Positions 9,207-24,400 of a stretch of 64,000 bases of DNA are shown here, piece by piece; the first letter of the stretch is position 1; every line of letters begins with the position of its first letter. Origin of the DNA: an uncultured Candidatus Saccharibacteria bacterium (GTDB lineage: Bacteria; Patescibacteriota; Minisyncoccia; Minisyncoccales; CAZKCU01). Under the pieces are notes generated by a model that was not told the DNA's origin, made no database searches, and saw only the letters and a list, made by a program, of their open reading frames with translations. The stretch covers positions 191,824-255,823 of the forward strand of contig CAYSLI010000001.1 in NCBI GenBank assembly GCA_964431915.1, read 5' to 3'. The position numbers were made by a program, and so were the translations under genes.

Positions 9207-11222
9207 ATGACCAAATATGAGGCTAAAAAGAGAATTGAAAAATTAAAAAAGGTGATTAACCATCACCGTTATTTATATCATGCTCATGATCTTCAAGAGA
9301 TTTCTGATTCTGCTCTCGATTCTTTGAAAAAAGAACTTTTTGATTTAGAAAAATTATTTCCCGCGCTTCTTACTTCTGATTCTCCGACCCAAAGAATAGG
9401 AGGCAAACCCTTAGAAAAATTTGAGAAAGTTAGACACCCTGAGCCGATGTTTTCTTTTAATGATGCTTTTTCAGAAGATGATATGAAAGATTGGCTGGAG
9501 AGAGTTTCAAAGCTTTTAACGACTGAAGAAAAATCAGAGATAGATTTTTTCTGCGAGCTTAAAATTGATGGTTTAGCTATTGAACTGATTTATGAGCAGG
9601 GGATTTTTAAAACCGGTTCCACCAGGGGTGATGGAATAATTGGCGAAGATGTTACTCAAAATTTGAAAACAATTGAAGCCGTACCGCTTAAATTAGAAAT
9701 TAAAAATCTGAAAAAAGAAATTCCCTCACGACTTGTCGTGAGGGGAGAAGTATTTATTCCTAAAGGAGAATTTGAAAAAATTAATCAAGAGCAGGTCAAG
9801 AAGAACCTATCTTCTTATGCCAATCCAAGAAATGTGGCCGCCGGCTCTATCAGGCAGCTTGACCCAAAAGTAACAGCTTTTCGAGGACTCGACTCTTTTG
9901 CCTATGATTTAGTTACTGAGCTTGGTCAAAAAACTCATCAAGAAAAACACCAGATCTTAAAAGCCTTAGGTTTTAAAACTAATCCCCACAATAAATATTG
10001 CAAAAATTTGAAAGAAGTTTTTGATTTTCATAAAGCAAGCAAAAAACTAAGAGAAAAGCTCTCCTATGAAATTGATGGGATTGTGGTTATTATTAATCCA
10101 AATGAAATTTTTGAGAAATTGGGGGTAGTGGGAAAGGCGCCCCGGGGAGCTATAGCTTACAAATTTCCTTTAAAACAAGCCACCACTATTATTAAAGATA
10201 TTGTTGTCCAGGTAGGAAGAACCGGAGCTTTAACCCCGGTAGCAATTTTGAAACCTGTGAAGGTTGGCGGAGTAACAATTTCCAGAGCCACTCTTCATAA
10301 CGAAGAAGAAATAAAAAGGTTGGGAGTAAAAATTGGCGATACGGTTATTGTCGGCAGGGCAGGGGATGTTATCCCTGATATTGTCAAAGTTTTACCAGAA
10401 CTAAGAACCGGGAAAGAAAAGGTTTTCAGAATGCCAAAAAAATGCCCGTCCTGCAGAACAAGGATTATTAAACCCGAGGGAGAAGTTGTTTGGCGTTGCC
10501 CGAACCCAAAATGTTCAGCTCAGCTGAGAGAATATTTTTGCCATTTTATTTCAAAAGGAGCTTTTGATATTTCAGGCCTTGGTCCTAAAATTGTTGATAG
10601 AATGATTGATGAAGGTCTAATTTCTGACCCATCCGATTTATTTGCGCTTGAGGAAGGAGATTTATTGCCTCTTGAAAGGTTTGCTGAAAAATCGGTTAAA
10701 AATTTAATTAAGGCGATTCAGTCTCGAAAAAAAATTCAATTATCAAAATTTATCTACGCTCTGGGAATTAGAAATGTTGGAGAAGAAACTAGTATGGATT
10801 TGGCAGACTATTTTGGCTCTTTAGAAAAATTAAAAAAGGCAAACCTCAAAGATCTTGAAAAAGTTATGGATATTGGCCCAGTAGTGGCTAAAAGTATTTA
10901 TGATTGGTTTTCCCAAAAAAGTAATTCCGAATTTTTGGAAAAACTAAAAAAAGTTGGAATAAAAATAGAAAATCCAAAAATTAAAACTAAAGATTTAAAG
11001 TTTAAAGGAAAAGTGTTTGTGCTTACAGGTAGTTTGGAAGCCATAACTAGAGAGGGAGCAAAAGAAAAAATCAGATTACTTGGCGGAGAAATTTCTGAAT
11101 CAGTTTCAAAAAGAACTGATTTCGTTGTTGCTGGCAAAGAACCCGGCTCAAAATTTGAGAAAGCGAAAAAACTTGGCATAAAAATAATAAGGGAAAAAGA
11201 ATTCCTAAAGTTAATCCGCTAA
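9207..11222 (+). CDS. ligA: NAD+-dependent DNA ligase LigA
   Basis: Adenylation KxDG motif (ELKIDGLAIEL), Zn-finger Cys cluster (CPSCRT...CPNPKC), HhH region and C-terminal BRCT. 671 aa. Confidence 0.9.
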   Translation: MTKYEAKKRIEKLKKVINHHRYLYHAHDLQEISDSALDSLKKELFDLEKLFPALLTSDSPTQRIGGKPLEKFEKVRHPEPMFSFNDAFSEDDMKDWLERVSKLLTTEEKSEIDFFCELKIDGLAIELIYEQGIFKTGSTRGDGIIGEDVTQNLKTIEAVPLKLEIKNLKKEIPSRLVVRGEVFIPKGEFEKINQEQVKKNLSSYANPRNVAAGSIRQLDPKVTAFRGLDSFAYDLVTELGQKTHQEKHQILKALGFKTNPHNKYCKNLKEVFDFHKASKKLREKLSYEIDGIVVIINPNEIFEKLGVVGKAPRGAIAYKFPLKQATTIIKDIVVQVGRTGALTPVAILKPVKVGGVTISRATLHNEEEIKRLGVKIGDTVIVGRAGDVIPDIVKVLPELRTGKEKVFRMPKKCPSCRTRIIKPEGEVVWRCPNPKCSAQLREYFCHFISKGAFDISGLGPKIVDRMIDEGLISDPSDLFALEEGDLLPLERFAEKSVKNLIKAIQSRKKIQLSKFIYALGIRNVGEETSMDLADYFGSLEKLKKANLKDLEKVMDIGPVVAKSIYDWFSQKSNSEFLEKLKKVGIKIENPKIKTKDLKFKGKVFVLTGSLEAITREGAKEKIRLLGGEISESVSKRTDFVVAGKEPGSKFEKAKKLGIKIIREKEFLKLIR

Positions 11223-11238
11223 TTAAAGTTTAAGTTAA

Positions 11239-12327
11239 ATGCGAATGTTCAGGCATTTTAAAAAATTAGACTGGATTTTAATTACTTCCACAGTATTATT
11301 GGTAGGGATTGGTCTTTTATCCCTCTATAGCAGTTCCCTTGGCGGGGGGGATTTTCTGAATTTTAAAAAGCAGATTATTTTTTTTGGAGGAGGATTTTTT
11401 TTAATGCTCGGCCTGAGTTTTCTTGATTGGAGAGCTTTAAGAGAAGACCCTTACCTAATTTTAATTCTCTATTTTGTCTGTTTGGTTTCCCTAACTGGCT
11501 TATATTTTTTCGCTCCAGAAATTAGAGGAACAAGGTCCTGGTACAAAGTTGGTCCGATTTCGATTGACCCAATAGAGTTTACTAAAATTGTTTTAATAAT
11601 TTTATTAGCCAAATATTTTTCAGGGAAACATATTGAGATGTATCGGATAAGACATATTTTTCTTTCTGGATTCTATGTTTTAATACCAGCTCTTTTAATT
11701 TTTTTTCAACCAGACCTGGGCTCAATTTTAATCTTAATTGCCTTATGGATAGGAATTTTACTTATATCTGGAATAAAAATCCGCCATTTTTTAATCCTTT
11801 GCCTCTGTGGTGTCTTAGTTCTAATTTTAGGTTGGTCAACTGTTTTAAAAGATTATCAAAAAGAAAGAATTATAAATTTTATTATGCCCCAAATTGAACC
11901 CTTAGGAGGAGCCTGGTCGCAGACTCAAGCAAAAATTGCCATAGGTTCTGGTGGAATTTTTGGTCAGGGCTTAGGACAGGGTTCTCAGACTCAATACGGT
12001 TTTTTACCAGAACCCCAGACCGATTTTACTTTTGCAGCTATTGCTGAAGAATTTGGTCTGGTTGGGGTGGGAATTTTATTCTTTTTATTTTTTCTTTTAA
12101 TCTGGAGGATAATAAAAATTACCCTATCGGCAACTAGTAATTTTCCTCGACTTTTTGGCACAGGCCTTGCTATTATTTTAATCTCTCAAGTTTTTATCAA
12201 TATCGGCATGAACCTTGGAATTTTACCGATAATAGGAATCCCCTTGCCTTTTGTAAGCTATGGAGGTTCTTCTTTAATTATGACTTTTGTTGGTTTGGGT
12301 ATATTACAGAGCATTAAGAGCCATTAG
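11239..12327 (+). CDS. SEDS-family peptidoglycan glycosyltransferase FtsW/RodA
   Basis: About 10 TM helices and 362 aa. Conserved FtsW/RodA C-terminal region (PLPFVSYGGSSL). Confidence 0.8.
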   Translation: MRMFRHFKKLDWILITSTVLLVGIGLLSLYSSSLGGGDFLNFKKQIIFFGGGFFLMLGLSFLDWRALREDPYLILILYFVCLVSLTGLYFFAPEIRGTRSWYKVGPISIDPIEFTKIVLIILLAKYFSGKHIEMYRIRHIFLSGFYVLIPALLIFFQPDLGSILILIALWIGILLISGIKIRHFLILCLCGVLVLILGWSTVLKDYQKERIINFIMPQIEPLGGAWSQTQAKIAIGSGGIFGQGLGQGSQTQYGFLPEPQTDFTFAAIAEEFGLVGVGILFFLFFLLIWRIIKITLSATSNFPRLFGTGLAIILISQVFINIGMNLGILPIIGIPLPFVSYGGSSLIMTFVGLGILQSIKSH

Positions 12328-12336
12328 TAGTTTGAC

Positions 12337-12371
12337 AGCTTGTTTATGTGGCGTTAAAATTAAAGAATGCT
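12337..12371 (+). promoter_or_regulatory. Sigma70-like promoter upstream of the histidine kinase
   Basis: TTGACA, 17 nt spacer, TAAAAT. Confidence 0.35.
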
Positions 12372-12429
12372 TTCTCAGCCTCCGATTCAAAAAACTCCAC
12401 CTGAAACTCAATAATAACAAAAAAGCAAT

Positions 12430-13530
12430 ATGATAAATCAAAAAGATGTTGGAGAGAGCGAAGAAGATAATTCTTTTTCTTCCCATTTCGCTGACGCTCG
12501 GGAAGAAAAAGAAAAAATTCTAACTATTATTGATAATTTGGCCGATGGGCTGATGGTCTTTGACAAAGAAGGAAAACTTTCATTAATTAATCCTGTGGCC
12601 AAAAAAATTTTTGGGATTGAAAAAGAGATTTTGGGTAAATCAATTGTTGAATTTTTAAATTTCCCCAATCTTAAAAATTTATTTTATCTTTTAGGAAAAG
12701 AAATCAAAGAAGTTTTTAGAAAGGAATTGGAAATTAGAAAAAATTTAATTTTAGAAATAACCTCTCTTCCAATTTTGAAAGAAGGAAAAAAACTTGGCAG
12801 CCTGATTATTCTCCACGATATTACCAGAGAAAAAACAATTGAAAGGATGAAGACTGAATTTGTTTCTATTTCTGCTCATCAGTTGAGGACGCCGCTTTCA
12901 GAAATTAAATGGACGTTGGAAACGTTATCAAAAGAAAAATTAGGGAAATTAACAGAAGGGCAAAAGGAAATACTTAAAAAGGCTTATGGTTCTAATAAAA
13001 GGATGCTTGCTCTTATTGATGACCTTTTAGATGTAGTCAGGATAGAAGAAGGCAGGCGTCTTTATAAATTAACTCTTTCTAGCTTTGAAGAAGTTGTTCA
13101 ATCGGTTATAGAATCTTATCAGGAGAAAATTAGAAAGAAGCAAATTAAATTTGAATTTCGGGTTCCAAGTAAGAAATTGCCAAAAATTGAAATTGATACT
13201 GGAAAGATATCTTTGGCAATTCAGAATCTTTTAGATAATGCCATTAGATATAATTTACCGGGAGGCATGATAACTATTACTTTAAATTCTACAGAAAAAG
13301 AAATAGAATTTTCAATTGAGGATACCGGAATCGGAATTCCCGAAGACCAGCAGCAAAATGTTTTTAAAAAATTTTTTAGAGGATCAAATGCTGTTAAAAT
13401 GGAAACTGAAGGAAACGGTCTCGGTCTTTTCATTGTAAAAAATATCATTGAAGCTCATAACGGAAAAATTTGGTTTCAATCAAAGGAAAAGAAAGGTACA
13501 ACCTTTTATTTTAATCTGCCTTTAAAATAA
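12430..13530 (+). CDS. Sensor histidine kinase (PAS + HisKA + HATPase_c), cytoplasmic
   Basis: H-box SAHQLRTPL. N/G1/G2 boxes (DNAIRYN, EDTGIGIP, GNGLGL). N-terminal PAS-like region. No TM segments. Confidence 0.8.
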   Translation: MINQKDVGESEEDNSFSSHFADAREEKEKILTIIDNLADGLMVFDKEGKLSLINPVAKKIFGIEKEILGKSIVEFLNFPNLKNLFYLLGKEIKEVFRKELEIRKNLILEITSLPILKEGKKLGSLIILHDITREKTIERMKTEFVSISAHQLRTPLSEIKWTLETLSKEKLGKLTEGQKEILKKAYGSNKRMLALIDDLLDVVRIEEGRRLYKLTLSSFEEVVQSVIESYQEKIRKKQIKFEFRVPSKKLPKIEIDTGKISLAIQNLLDNAIRYNLPGGMITITLNSTEKEIEFSIEDTGIGIPEDQQQNVFKKFFRGSNAVKMETEGNGLGLFIVKNIIEAHNGKIWFQSKEKKGTTFYFNLPLK

Positions 13531-13532
13531 AT

Positions 13533-13668
13533 ATGAGAAAAATTTTAATGGTAAGGATCTTGAACGTAGTAAAAGATCCTTTTGACCAAAATTTATCATG
13601 AAAAAGAAAATTTTAATGGCAAGGATCTTGAACATAGTAAAAGATCCTTTTGACCAAAATTTATCATG
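13533..13668 (+). repeat. Two tandem 68-bp units duplicating the response regulator's start region, each with a 9-bp-stem hairpin
   Basis: Unit: atgaaaaagaaaattttaatgg(t/c)aaggatcttgaac(g/a)tagtaaaagatccttttgaccaaaatttatc. The start codon plus first 6 codons (MKKKIL) of the downstream response regulator are present three times. The inverted repeat aaggatctt/aagatcctt occurs in each copy. Confidence 0.8.
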
Positions 13669-14034
13669 AAAAAGAAAATTTTGGTAATTGAAGATGAGAA
13701 AACTTTAAGATTCCTTATCGTTCAGACCTTAGTTCAAGAAGGTTTTGAGGTTGAAGAGGCAATTGACGGAGAAGAAGGAATTCAAAAACTAAAAAAGAAT
13801 AAACCGGATTTAATTTTATTAGATTTGCTTTTGCCGAGCATCAACGGCTTTGAGGTCTTATCAAAAATAAAAAGAGATTCTAATTTAGAATCAATTCCAG
13901 TAATTATTCTTTCTAACCTTGGACAAGAAGAGGAAATTAAAAAAGGGTTGAATTTAGGGGCAATTGATTATTTAATTAAGGCTCATTTCACCCTTGATCA
14001 GGTTGTTTCCAGAATAAAAAAGGTTTTAAAGTAA
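13666..14034 (+). CDS. Response regulator receiver domain protein (CheY-like, single domain)
   Basis: Acidic pocket and DLILLDLLLP phospho-acceptor motif. 122 aa with no output domain. Confidence 0.8.
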   Translation: MKKKILVIEDEKTLRFLIVQTLVQEGFEVEEAIDGEEGIQKLKKNKPDLILLDLLLPSINGFEVLSKIKRDSNLESIPVIILSNLGQEEEIKKGLNLGAIDYLIKAHFTLDQVVSRIKKVLK

Positions 14035-14036
14035 TT

Positions 14037-14306
14037 CTATAATCCTAAAAAAACGTTAACTTTGTTTTTGGTAACTTCCAGTACTCCTCGTTTAAATTGG
14101 TAAGTGGCTTTTTTTTTGTCCGGAGTAAGGATTGAAAGGTTGTTAAAAATAAGGCTAATAAAGTTGGCATGTTTGGGTAAAATATCAAATTTACCCAATT
14201 TATTTTGAGACGAAACTACTTCTGCCTTTCCCTGATAAAAAACTTCTTTAACAATTGGCAACCAGAATACATTTACTTCTAAAAATTCTTTTTTTTTAGA
14301 ATTCAT
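14037..14306 (-). CDS. atpC: F-type ATP synthase epsilon subunit (short form, beta-sandwich only)
   Basis: The LEVNVF...GKFDILPKHANFISLI...LEV pattern aligns with the epsilon N-terminal domain. Terminal gene of the atp operon. Confidence 0.7.
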   Translation of the reverse strand: MNSKKKEFLEVNVFWLPIVKEVFYQGKAEVVSSQNKLGKFDILPKHANFISLIFNNLSILTPDKKKATYQFKRGVLEVTKNKVNVFLGL

Positions 14307-14319
14307 AGATTAATTTCCT

Positions 14320-16520
<2,201 letters not shown>

Positions 16521-16521
16521 G

Positions 16522-17991
16522 TTACTTTGAAATTGTTTTTTCAATTTCTAACATTATTTCTTTCGTCAAAAATTGAAGATGGTCAAAATCTTTTATTTCT
16601 TCAATTTCTTCTTTGAATTCTGGTAAAACTCCCTTTCGGTAATCTTCCAACAGTTTATCAATTTCTATTTTCATCTCTCTTAAAGATTTATCTTTCCAAA
16701 AGCCAGACAATAAAAGTCCGATCAAAAGCAATTGCAGTTTTCGGGGAATTGTTATCTCAACCTCTTGATTAAAAAGAGATTCTAATTTTTCACCAAATTC
16801 AATGTTTTTTTGAATTTCTGTTGGTAATTCAGCGCCAAATTGGGTAATTTCTAACAATCTTTGATATTCAACCAATTTCTTTCTGACCCAGCCGGACAGT
16901 TCTCTTTCCATGGGAGTTTTTGTTTGATTTCCCACTCTTGAAACCGAAAGAAAAGCATTTATTGCCGGTCTTTTTCCTTTTCTAAACTCATTGATATCAA
17001 AAAAAATATGACCATCGGTCATTGCCATTAGATTAGTTTGGATATAACCAGAAAGGTCATTTTCTAAAGTTTCAGCCACTGGCAGAGCGGTAATACTTAC
17101 TTCTTTATATTCTTTGCTTTTAATATTTCCGGCCCTTTCCAATAGAGCGGCCTGAATATGAAAGATTTCTCCGGGGTAAGAATCTCTTCCCGGTACTCTC
17201 TTTAATAAAAGCGATATTTCTCTATAAATTTTGGCATGAGTGGTTAGGTCATCTAAAACAATTATTACCTTTTTTCCTTTATCTCGAAAATATTCGGCAA
17301 TACTCATCCCGCTATAAGGAGCTAAATAAGTTAGGGTAGGGGAATCATCAGGCGTAGTATGGATTATTATTGTTTGGTCAAAGACTTTTTGGTGCTTTAA
17401 ATATTCCTCTACCCATTTAATGGCTGTATCCTTTTTTCCGATTCCCACATAAACACAAACTACTCCTTTTTTTGTCTGACTGACAATGGTTTGTAAAAGG
17501 AAAGCGGTTTTCCCTGTTTTACCATCGCCAATTATCAATTCTCTTTGACCATATCCAATTGGAACTAAAAGGTCAACGAGTGTCACTCCGCTCTCCAAAG
17601 GTGTATTCACTCTGACTCTTTTTATAAAAGAAGGGGCGTCTTTTTTGACTGGTTGATATTCTTTTTCTCCTCTAATTGGTCCTAGGCCATCGGTTGGTTG
17701 AGAAAGAGGATTAATTATTCTCCCTAGTAATTCTTGACCAATAGGTATTTCAAACGATTTCTCTGTCCTTACTACTGCCTCTCCAATTTTTAGCTCTTTA
17801 ATATCAATCATTAAAATCTCAGCTAATTTTTCTTTTAAACCATGGACAATTCCCCTTTTTCCAGTATTAGTGATTACCATTTCTTCTAGCTTTAAACCTG
17901 GTAGGCCGGAAACATAAGCTACTGAATGCGAAAGAGAAGTAACATAACCTATTTCTCTCGTTTTTTCTAAATAAGTTTCAAAATGACTCAT
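16522..17991 (-). CDS. atpA: F-type ATP synthase alpha subunit
   Basis: P-loop GDGKTGKTA. 489 aa. Confidence 0.95.
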   Translation of the reverse strand: MSHFETYLEKTREIGYVTSLSHSVAYVSGLPGLKLEEMVITNTGKRGIVHGLKEKLAEILMIDIKELKIGEAVVRTEKSFEIPIGQELLGRIINPLSQPTDGLGPIRGEKEYQPVKKDAPSFIKRVRVNTPLESGVTLVDLLVPIGYGQRELIIGDGKTGKTAFLLQTIVSQTKKGVVCVYVGIGKKDTAIKWVEEYLKHQKVFDQTIIIHTTPDDSPTLTYLAPYSGMSIAEYFRDKGKKVIIVLDDLTTHAKIYREISLLLKRVPGRDSYPGEIFHIQAALLERAGNIKSKEYKEVSITALPVAETLENDLSGYIQTNLMAMTDGHIFFDINEFRKGKRPAINAFLSVSRVGNQTKTPMERELSGWVRKKLVEYQRLLEITQFGAELPTEIQKNIEFGEKLESLFNQEVEITIPRKLQLLLIGLLLSGFWKDKSLREMKIEIDKLLEDYRKGVLPEFKEEIEEIKDFDHLQFLTKEIMLEIEKTISK

Positions 17992-18458
17992 AATTGTTTT
18001 TGAGAAAACAACTTATCTATCTCTTTGGCTAATGAAAGATTAATCTGTCTTCCTTGATATTCTATGAGTGCTCCGCCGACAATTTCTGGATTGAAATTAA
18101 AATCTAAAATCACCTTTTGGTTGATTTCTTTTTCCAGCCAAAGGGAAATTTTATTAATAAATTCTTTTTTTGGCTGGAAAGCAATTACTATTTTAATTTG
18201 AGGGAGATTTTGAAGATGTTTTTCAAAATTTTCAAAAAAAATCCGATTATCTTCAGGATTTTTTGAAATTATTTTCTTTTTTTCCAATTCTTCAAGTTCT
18301 TTTCTGAAATCTTCTTCTATATTTCCCTTAACCCTTTCCGATAGGGGAATATTTATATTTTTAAAAATTGACTCCTGAACTAAATTTATTTCTTCAAGGA
18401 GAAATAATAAATCTTCCTTAGTAACTATTTTTTTAGCAAAATCTCTAAATATCTCCAT
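17988..18458 (-). CDS. atpH: F-type ATP synthase delta (OSCP) subunit
   Basis: 156 aa. C-terminal ...VGGALIEYQGRQINLS pattern. Operon position between b and alpha. Confidence 0.7.
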   Translation of the reverse strand: MEIFRDFAKKIVTKEDLLFLLEEINLVQESIFKNINIPLSERVKGNIEEDFRKELEELEKKKIISKNPEDNRIFFENFEKHLQNLPQIKIVIAFQPKKEFINKISLWLEKEINQKVILDFNFNPEIVGGALIEYQGRQINLSLAKEIDKLFSQKQL

Positions 18459-18481
18459 TTTACATTATTTTCATCATCTCA

Positions 18482-19138
18482 TTATAAAATTTTTTCCTTT
18501 TTTGCTTTTTCTAAAGCTTGTAGAACTAATTCTTCGTGAGTAGAAAGATCAATTGCTTTTCCGATTGTTTTCTTTGCCACATCTTCTATTATTTGATAAA
18601 TTTTTTGGTCTATCTCTTTTAATTTTTCTTTTTTATAATCTTCAATATTCTTTTCGGTTTGGGCAATTTTTTGGTTTATGGATTTTGTAGCCGTCTGGTA
18701 AATTCGGCCGATTTTTTCATCCAGACCTTTGCTTAATTCATCCGTTCTTTTTTTTGCCCCTTGTAATATTGAATCTTCGGCCTGAGAGCAGGTATTGCTG
18801 AATTTTAAAATTTCGTTGTTGGTTATTTCATCCCAATTAGCTATCTTATTTTCTGCTTCTTGGGAAAAAACGGCTATTTGTTCTTTATAAGATTCTATTA
18901 CTTCATCGGCAATTTTTTGGCTGATTTCCGAAATAGTCTTCTCTGTTTCCTGGTTAATCATTTTTTCTAATTCTAATAAGAATCCTTCAGAGAATTTTAA
19001 AGATATAACGTCCTTTTCTTCTTTTTCTTTTTTGGACCTTTTCGCTAAATAATAAATATCTAAGCCAAATAAAATTACTGCCATTATTGCCAAAATGCCA
19101 AAGCCAAGCAAAATAATAAGGAAAATTTGAGTATTCAT
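18482..19138 (-). CDS. atpF: F-type ATP synthase subunit b
   Basis: Single N-terminal TM helix followed by a long charged coiled coil. Operon position. Confidence 0.7.
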   Translation of the reverse strand: MNTQIFLIILLGFGILAIMAVILFGLDIYYLAKRSKKEKEEKDVISLKFSEGFLLELEKMINQETEKTISEISQKIADEVIESYKEQIAVFSQEAENKIANWDEITNNEILKFSNTCSQAEDSILQGAKKRTDELSKGLDEKIGRIYQTATKSINQKIAQTEKNIEDYKKEKLKEIDQKIYQIIEDVAKKTIGKAIDLSTHEELVLQALEKAKKEKIL

Positions 19139-19192
19139 ATACCGAGCTTCCGAAGGAAGCGAGGGTGAAGATGAAGCTTTAGCTTCATCGCC

Positions 19193-20940
<1,748 letters not shown>

Positions 20941-21150
20941 TAGTGCTTTGGACTTTAGATTTCTCGGTTACTCGAATCGCAATGAAGGGTGAAGAAGAGA
21001 TTTATCTCTTCGCCTACCCGAGTCGCAGCGAAGTCAAAGAGCGCTCCGCACTCTTTTCCACCTTCGTCCCGCAAACGAGACTCGGTGAGTGAAGAAGAAC
21101 GGATGTTCTTCGACTATATTTATAGATGAAGTTTTCCACAATTGTAGCCC

Positions 21151-21179
21151 TTGACAAGGGTGTTTACTTCAAAGATAAT
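21151..21179 (+). promoter_or_regulatory. Sigma70-like promoter for the giant DGR target gene
   Basis: TTGACA (21151-21156), 17 nt spacer, GATAAT. A roughly 230-nt 5' leader follows, containing the palindromes atttcccgtcacgggaaat and acataaaatatttatgt. Confidence 0.45.
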
Positions 21180-21407
21180 GAAATAATCGATTTATTTCCC
21201 GTCACGGGAAATGATTTCCTAAAGAAAAATAAGATAAAAAGATAAAAAAAGAAGACCCGTTTACTCTCTCAAATTTTTTCAAAATTTAAGAGAGCGATAA
21301 GCGCCAAAGATTAGGAAAAAATTAGTCGCTTTTTTGCTGAATACATAAAATATTTATGTGCTTCAGTATGGGTCTTCTGCGTTGAAGTTTACCAAACCTA
21401 AAAGATT

Positions 21408-24400
21408 ATGTCAATAGAGAATAAAAATGAAAATTTAATAAGCATTGAAGAATTTATTGCTAGAGCAAGAAGACTTGGAGTTGATTTTGGAAAAGGTGAC
21501 CCTAAAAATCGTCTGCGCTATTACGTCAAAATCGGTCTTTTGCCACATCTTCAAAGAAAGTCTTTTAACGGTCTGCCTCCAAACGGTGCTTACTTGGAAA
21601 GCACTCTTGGAATTTTGCTTGAGATTGACAAAAAATTAAAAGCCGGAAAGAGTATTCAGGAAATAAAAAGAGAGGAAGAAGAAAAAGTTTTTGAGAAAAA
21701 GCTGCCAAAAATTACTACTCCCCATACATATATGTATGGTCCGGGAATTGAATCTTTTCAGTTAAAAACTGAAGTTCCGCAAACAGAAAAAGAAAAAGGA
21801 GAAGAATTGGAAATCAAAGAAACTCCTGAAATTATTATTGAAAGAAAACCCTTTGTAAAAATACCGGCTATTTTAAAAATTGTGCTTTTGGTTTTAATTT
21901 GCGTTTCAACCCTTTTTTTTACAGATGAAAAAATTAATTTTATAGATCCAATTCCTTATTTTTTAGCTAATATAAGCGAACATATAAGTGGATTTAGAAA
22001 ATTAACTCAATTGCCGGCTTCTTCTCTTCGCGAAGAAGTTTTTAGCCTTCCGGCTGTTGAACCCTATCTTACTATCAATGCTGAAACAGCTATTAACGCT
22101 CTTTTAAAAGCAAAAGAAAAAATAACTGCCCCAAGTTTCGCTTTAATCAGAAATGAATTTGAAGGAAGAATTACTGCTGCCGGACTTACTGTTGAGAGAG
22201 AATATAATTTTCCAGATTTATCCGGAACTGTTTGTTTAGCTACCGGAAATTGTTTTGGTTTAGAAGGAGAAGTAATTACCCTTGGCGGCACCCCCAACAG
22301 ATTAGCTAAATTTATTTCTGCTCAGGAAGTTAGAGATTCTTCAATCAGCGATTTATACCTTGGGGGGGTAGCAATTGCTATTGATTCAGTCGGTAATGTT
22401 GGAATTGGAATTGAAGATCCTGCTCATCCTTTCCATGTTGAGGGAAGGATTCAGGCAACAGGTGATATTTGTACTGATTTGAAAGGCGGCAGGTGTTTGA
22501 GCACTTTGCGGGTTGGTGGTGGTGGAGGAGGAGGTATTGGCGGTTCAGGTTCTGCCAATTATCTTTCAATCTGGACCAGCTCCGGCAGTTTAGGAAATTC
22601 TATTCTCTATCAGACCGGCGGGAATATTGGCATCGGGACGACGGGGCCGGCGGCGACGGCGTTGTTGGACCTCACCTCGACGGAGAAAGGATTTCTTGCC
22701 CCGCGAATGACAGAAGCCCAAAGAGATGCTATCTCTTCACCAGCAACAGGACTTTTCATTTACAACACAACCACCAACCAGTACGACATGTACAACGGAA
22801 CATCATGGGGCGCGGTTGGCGGCGGCGTGCCCACTGACGCCCAGTACGTTACCTTAGCAGTCAATGCCACTTTAACCGATGAAAGAGTCTTAACCGCCGG
22901 AACCAATATTTCAGTAACTGATGGAGGAGCTGGAGGTAATGTAACAATAGCTACCATAAATAATCCTGTTTTCTCAACCTCAGTTACCTCTCCAATTATT
23001 TATGGTTCTTCGGCTGCCTCGGGTAATCTTACTTTAAGAACAACTTCTGATGCTACCAAGGGTTACGTCATTTTAGCTGACGATGGCGGCAACGTCGGCA
23101 TCGGGACGGCAAGCCCTACTTCCCTTTTTTCTGTTGGTGCCTCTTCCCAATTCCAGATAGATACTTCTGGAGATATTATCAAACTAAAAAACCTTACCTA
23201 TTCTTGGCCTTCATCTCATACTGCTGATGGTTTCTTAAAAGATGACGGTTCAGGAACCTTAACCTGGACAACCATTGGCGGAGCAGGAGGAGTAACTGGC
23301 AGCGGAACTGCTGGATACATTCCCAAATGGAGCACCAGCACTACTTTGACTGATTCTGTTTTATATGAAACTGGAGGCAATATTGGCATTGCCACAGCCA
23401 GCCCGGAAGTGGAATTAGATATTGCTGGCCAAGCCAGAATTACCAGCACTACCACTCCCCAGTTATCAGTAAGATACGATGCTGCCAAGTATCTCAATAC
23501 CCTCCTTTCTTCAGGTGAAACCACTTTTCAGACTGGTTTTTCCTCTTTCTTGTTTAAGAGTCTACAGCAAGCAGTTTATTTTTGGACAAGAAAATCTGAC
23601 TGGGATGCCCCTGATGTAGGAACTTATTCTGCTCCTGCCTTTGCCGACTTAGACGATGACGGAGATTATGATTTATTGATTGGAAGATATTATGGACAAA
23701 GCTATGGCTATGAGAACACAGGAACTGTTTCCAGCCCAGCCTGGACAAGAGAATCTGACTGGGATGCTCCTGATATAGGCGATCTTATGCCTGCTCCTGC
23801 CCTTGCCGACTTAGACGATGACGGAGATTATGATTTATTGATTGGAAGCTTTGATGGAATAAGTTATGCCTATGAGAACACCGGAACTGTTTCCAGCCCA
23901 ACCTGGACAAGAAAATCTGACTGGGATGTCTCTGATGTGGGGACTGGGAGTGGCCCTGGCTTTGCCGATTTAGACAATGACGGAGATTATGATTTATTGA
24001 TTAGAGAAATTAGCGGAGTAAGTTTGGGTTATGAGAACACAGGAACTGTTTCCAGCCCAGCCTGGACAAGAGAATCTGACTGGGATGCTCCTAGTGTGGG
24101 ACTTTCTTATTCTTCACCTGCCCTTGCCGACTTAGACGATGACGGAGATTATGATTTATTGACTGGAGCCAGTGGTGATAGAGTTTATGCCTATGAGAAC
24201 ACAGGAACTGTTTCCAGCCCAGCCTGGACAAGAAAATCTGACTGGGATGCTCCTGATGTGGGATCTGCTAGACCTGCCCTTGCCGACTTAGACGATGACG
24301 GAGATGATGATTTATTGATTGGAGCCACTGGTGGAGTAAGTTATGCCTATGAGAACACCGGAAGTGGTGGTCAACTGACTACCCGTTTAGTTATAGACCA

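Noticed and set aside
22515-22545. GGT/GGA codon run (GGGGGGGIGG) as a possible contingency repeat
   Set aside because: The tract mixes ggt and gga codons, so it is not a pure homopolymer or a short-unit tandem repeat. It is unlikely to slip. It is probably a flexible glycine linker.
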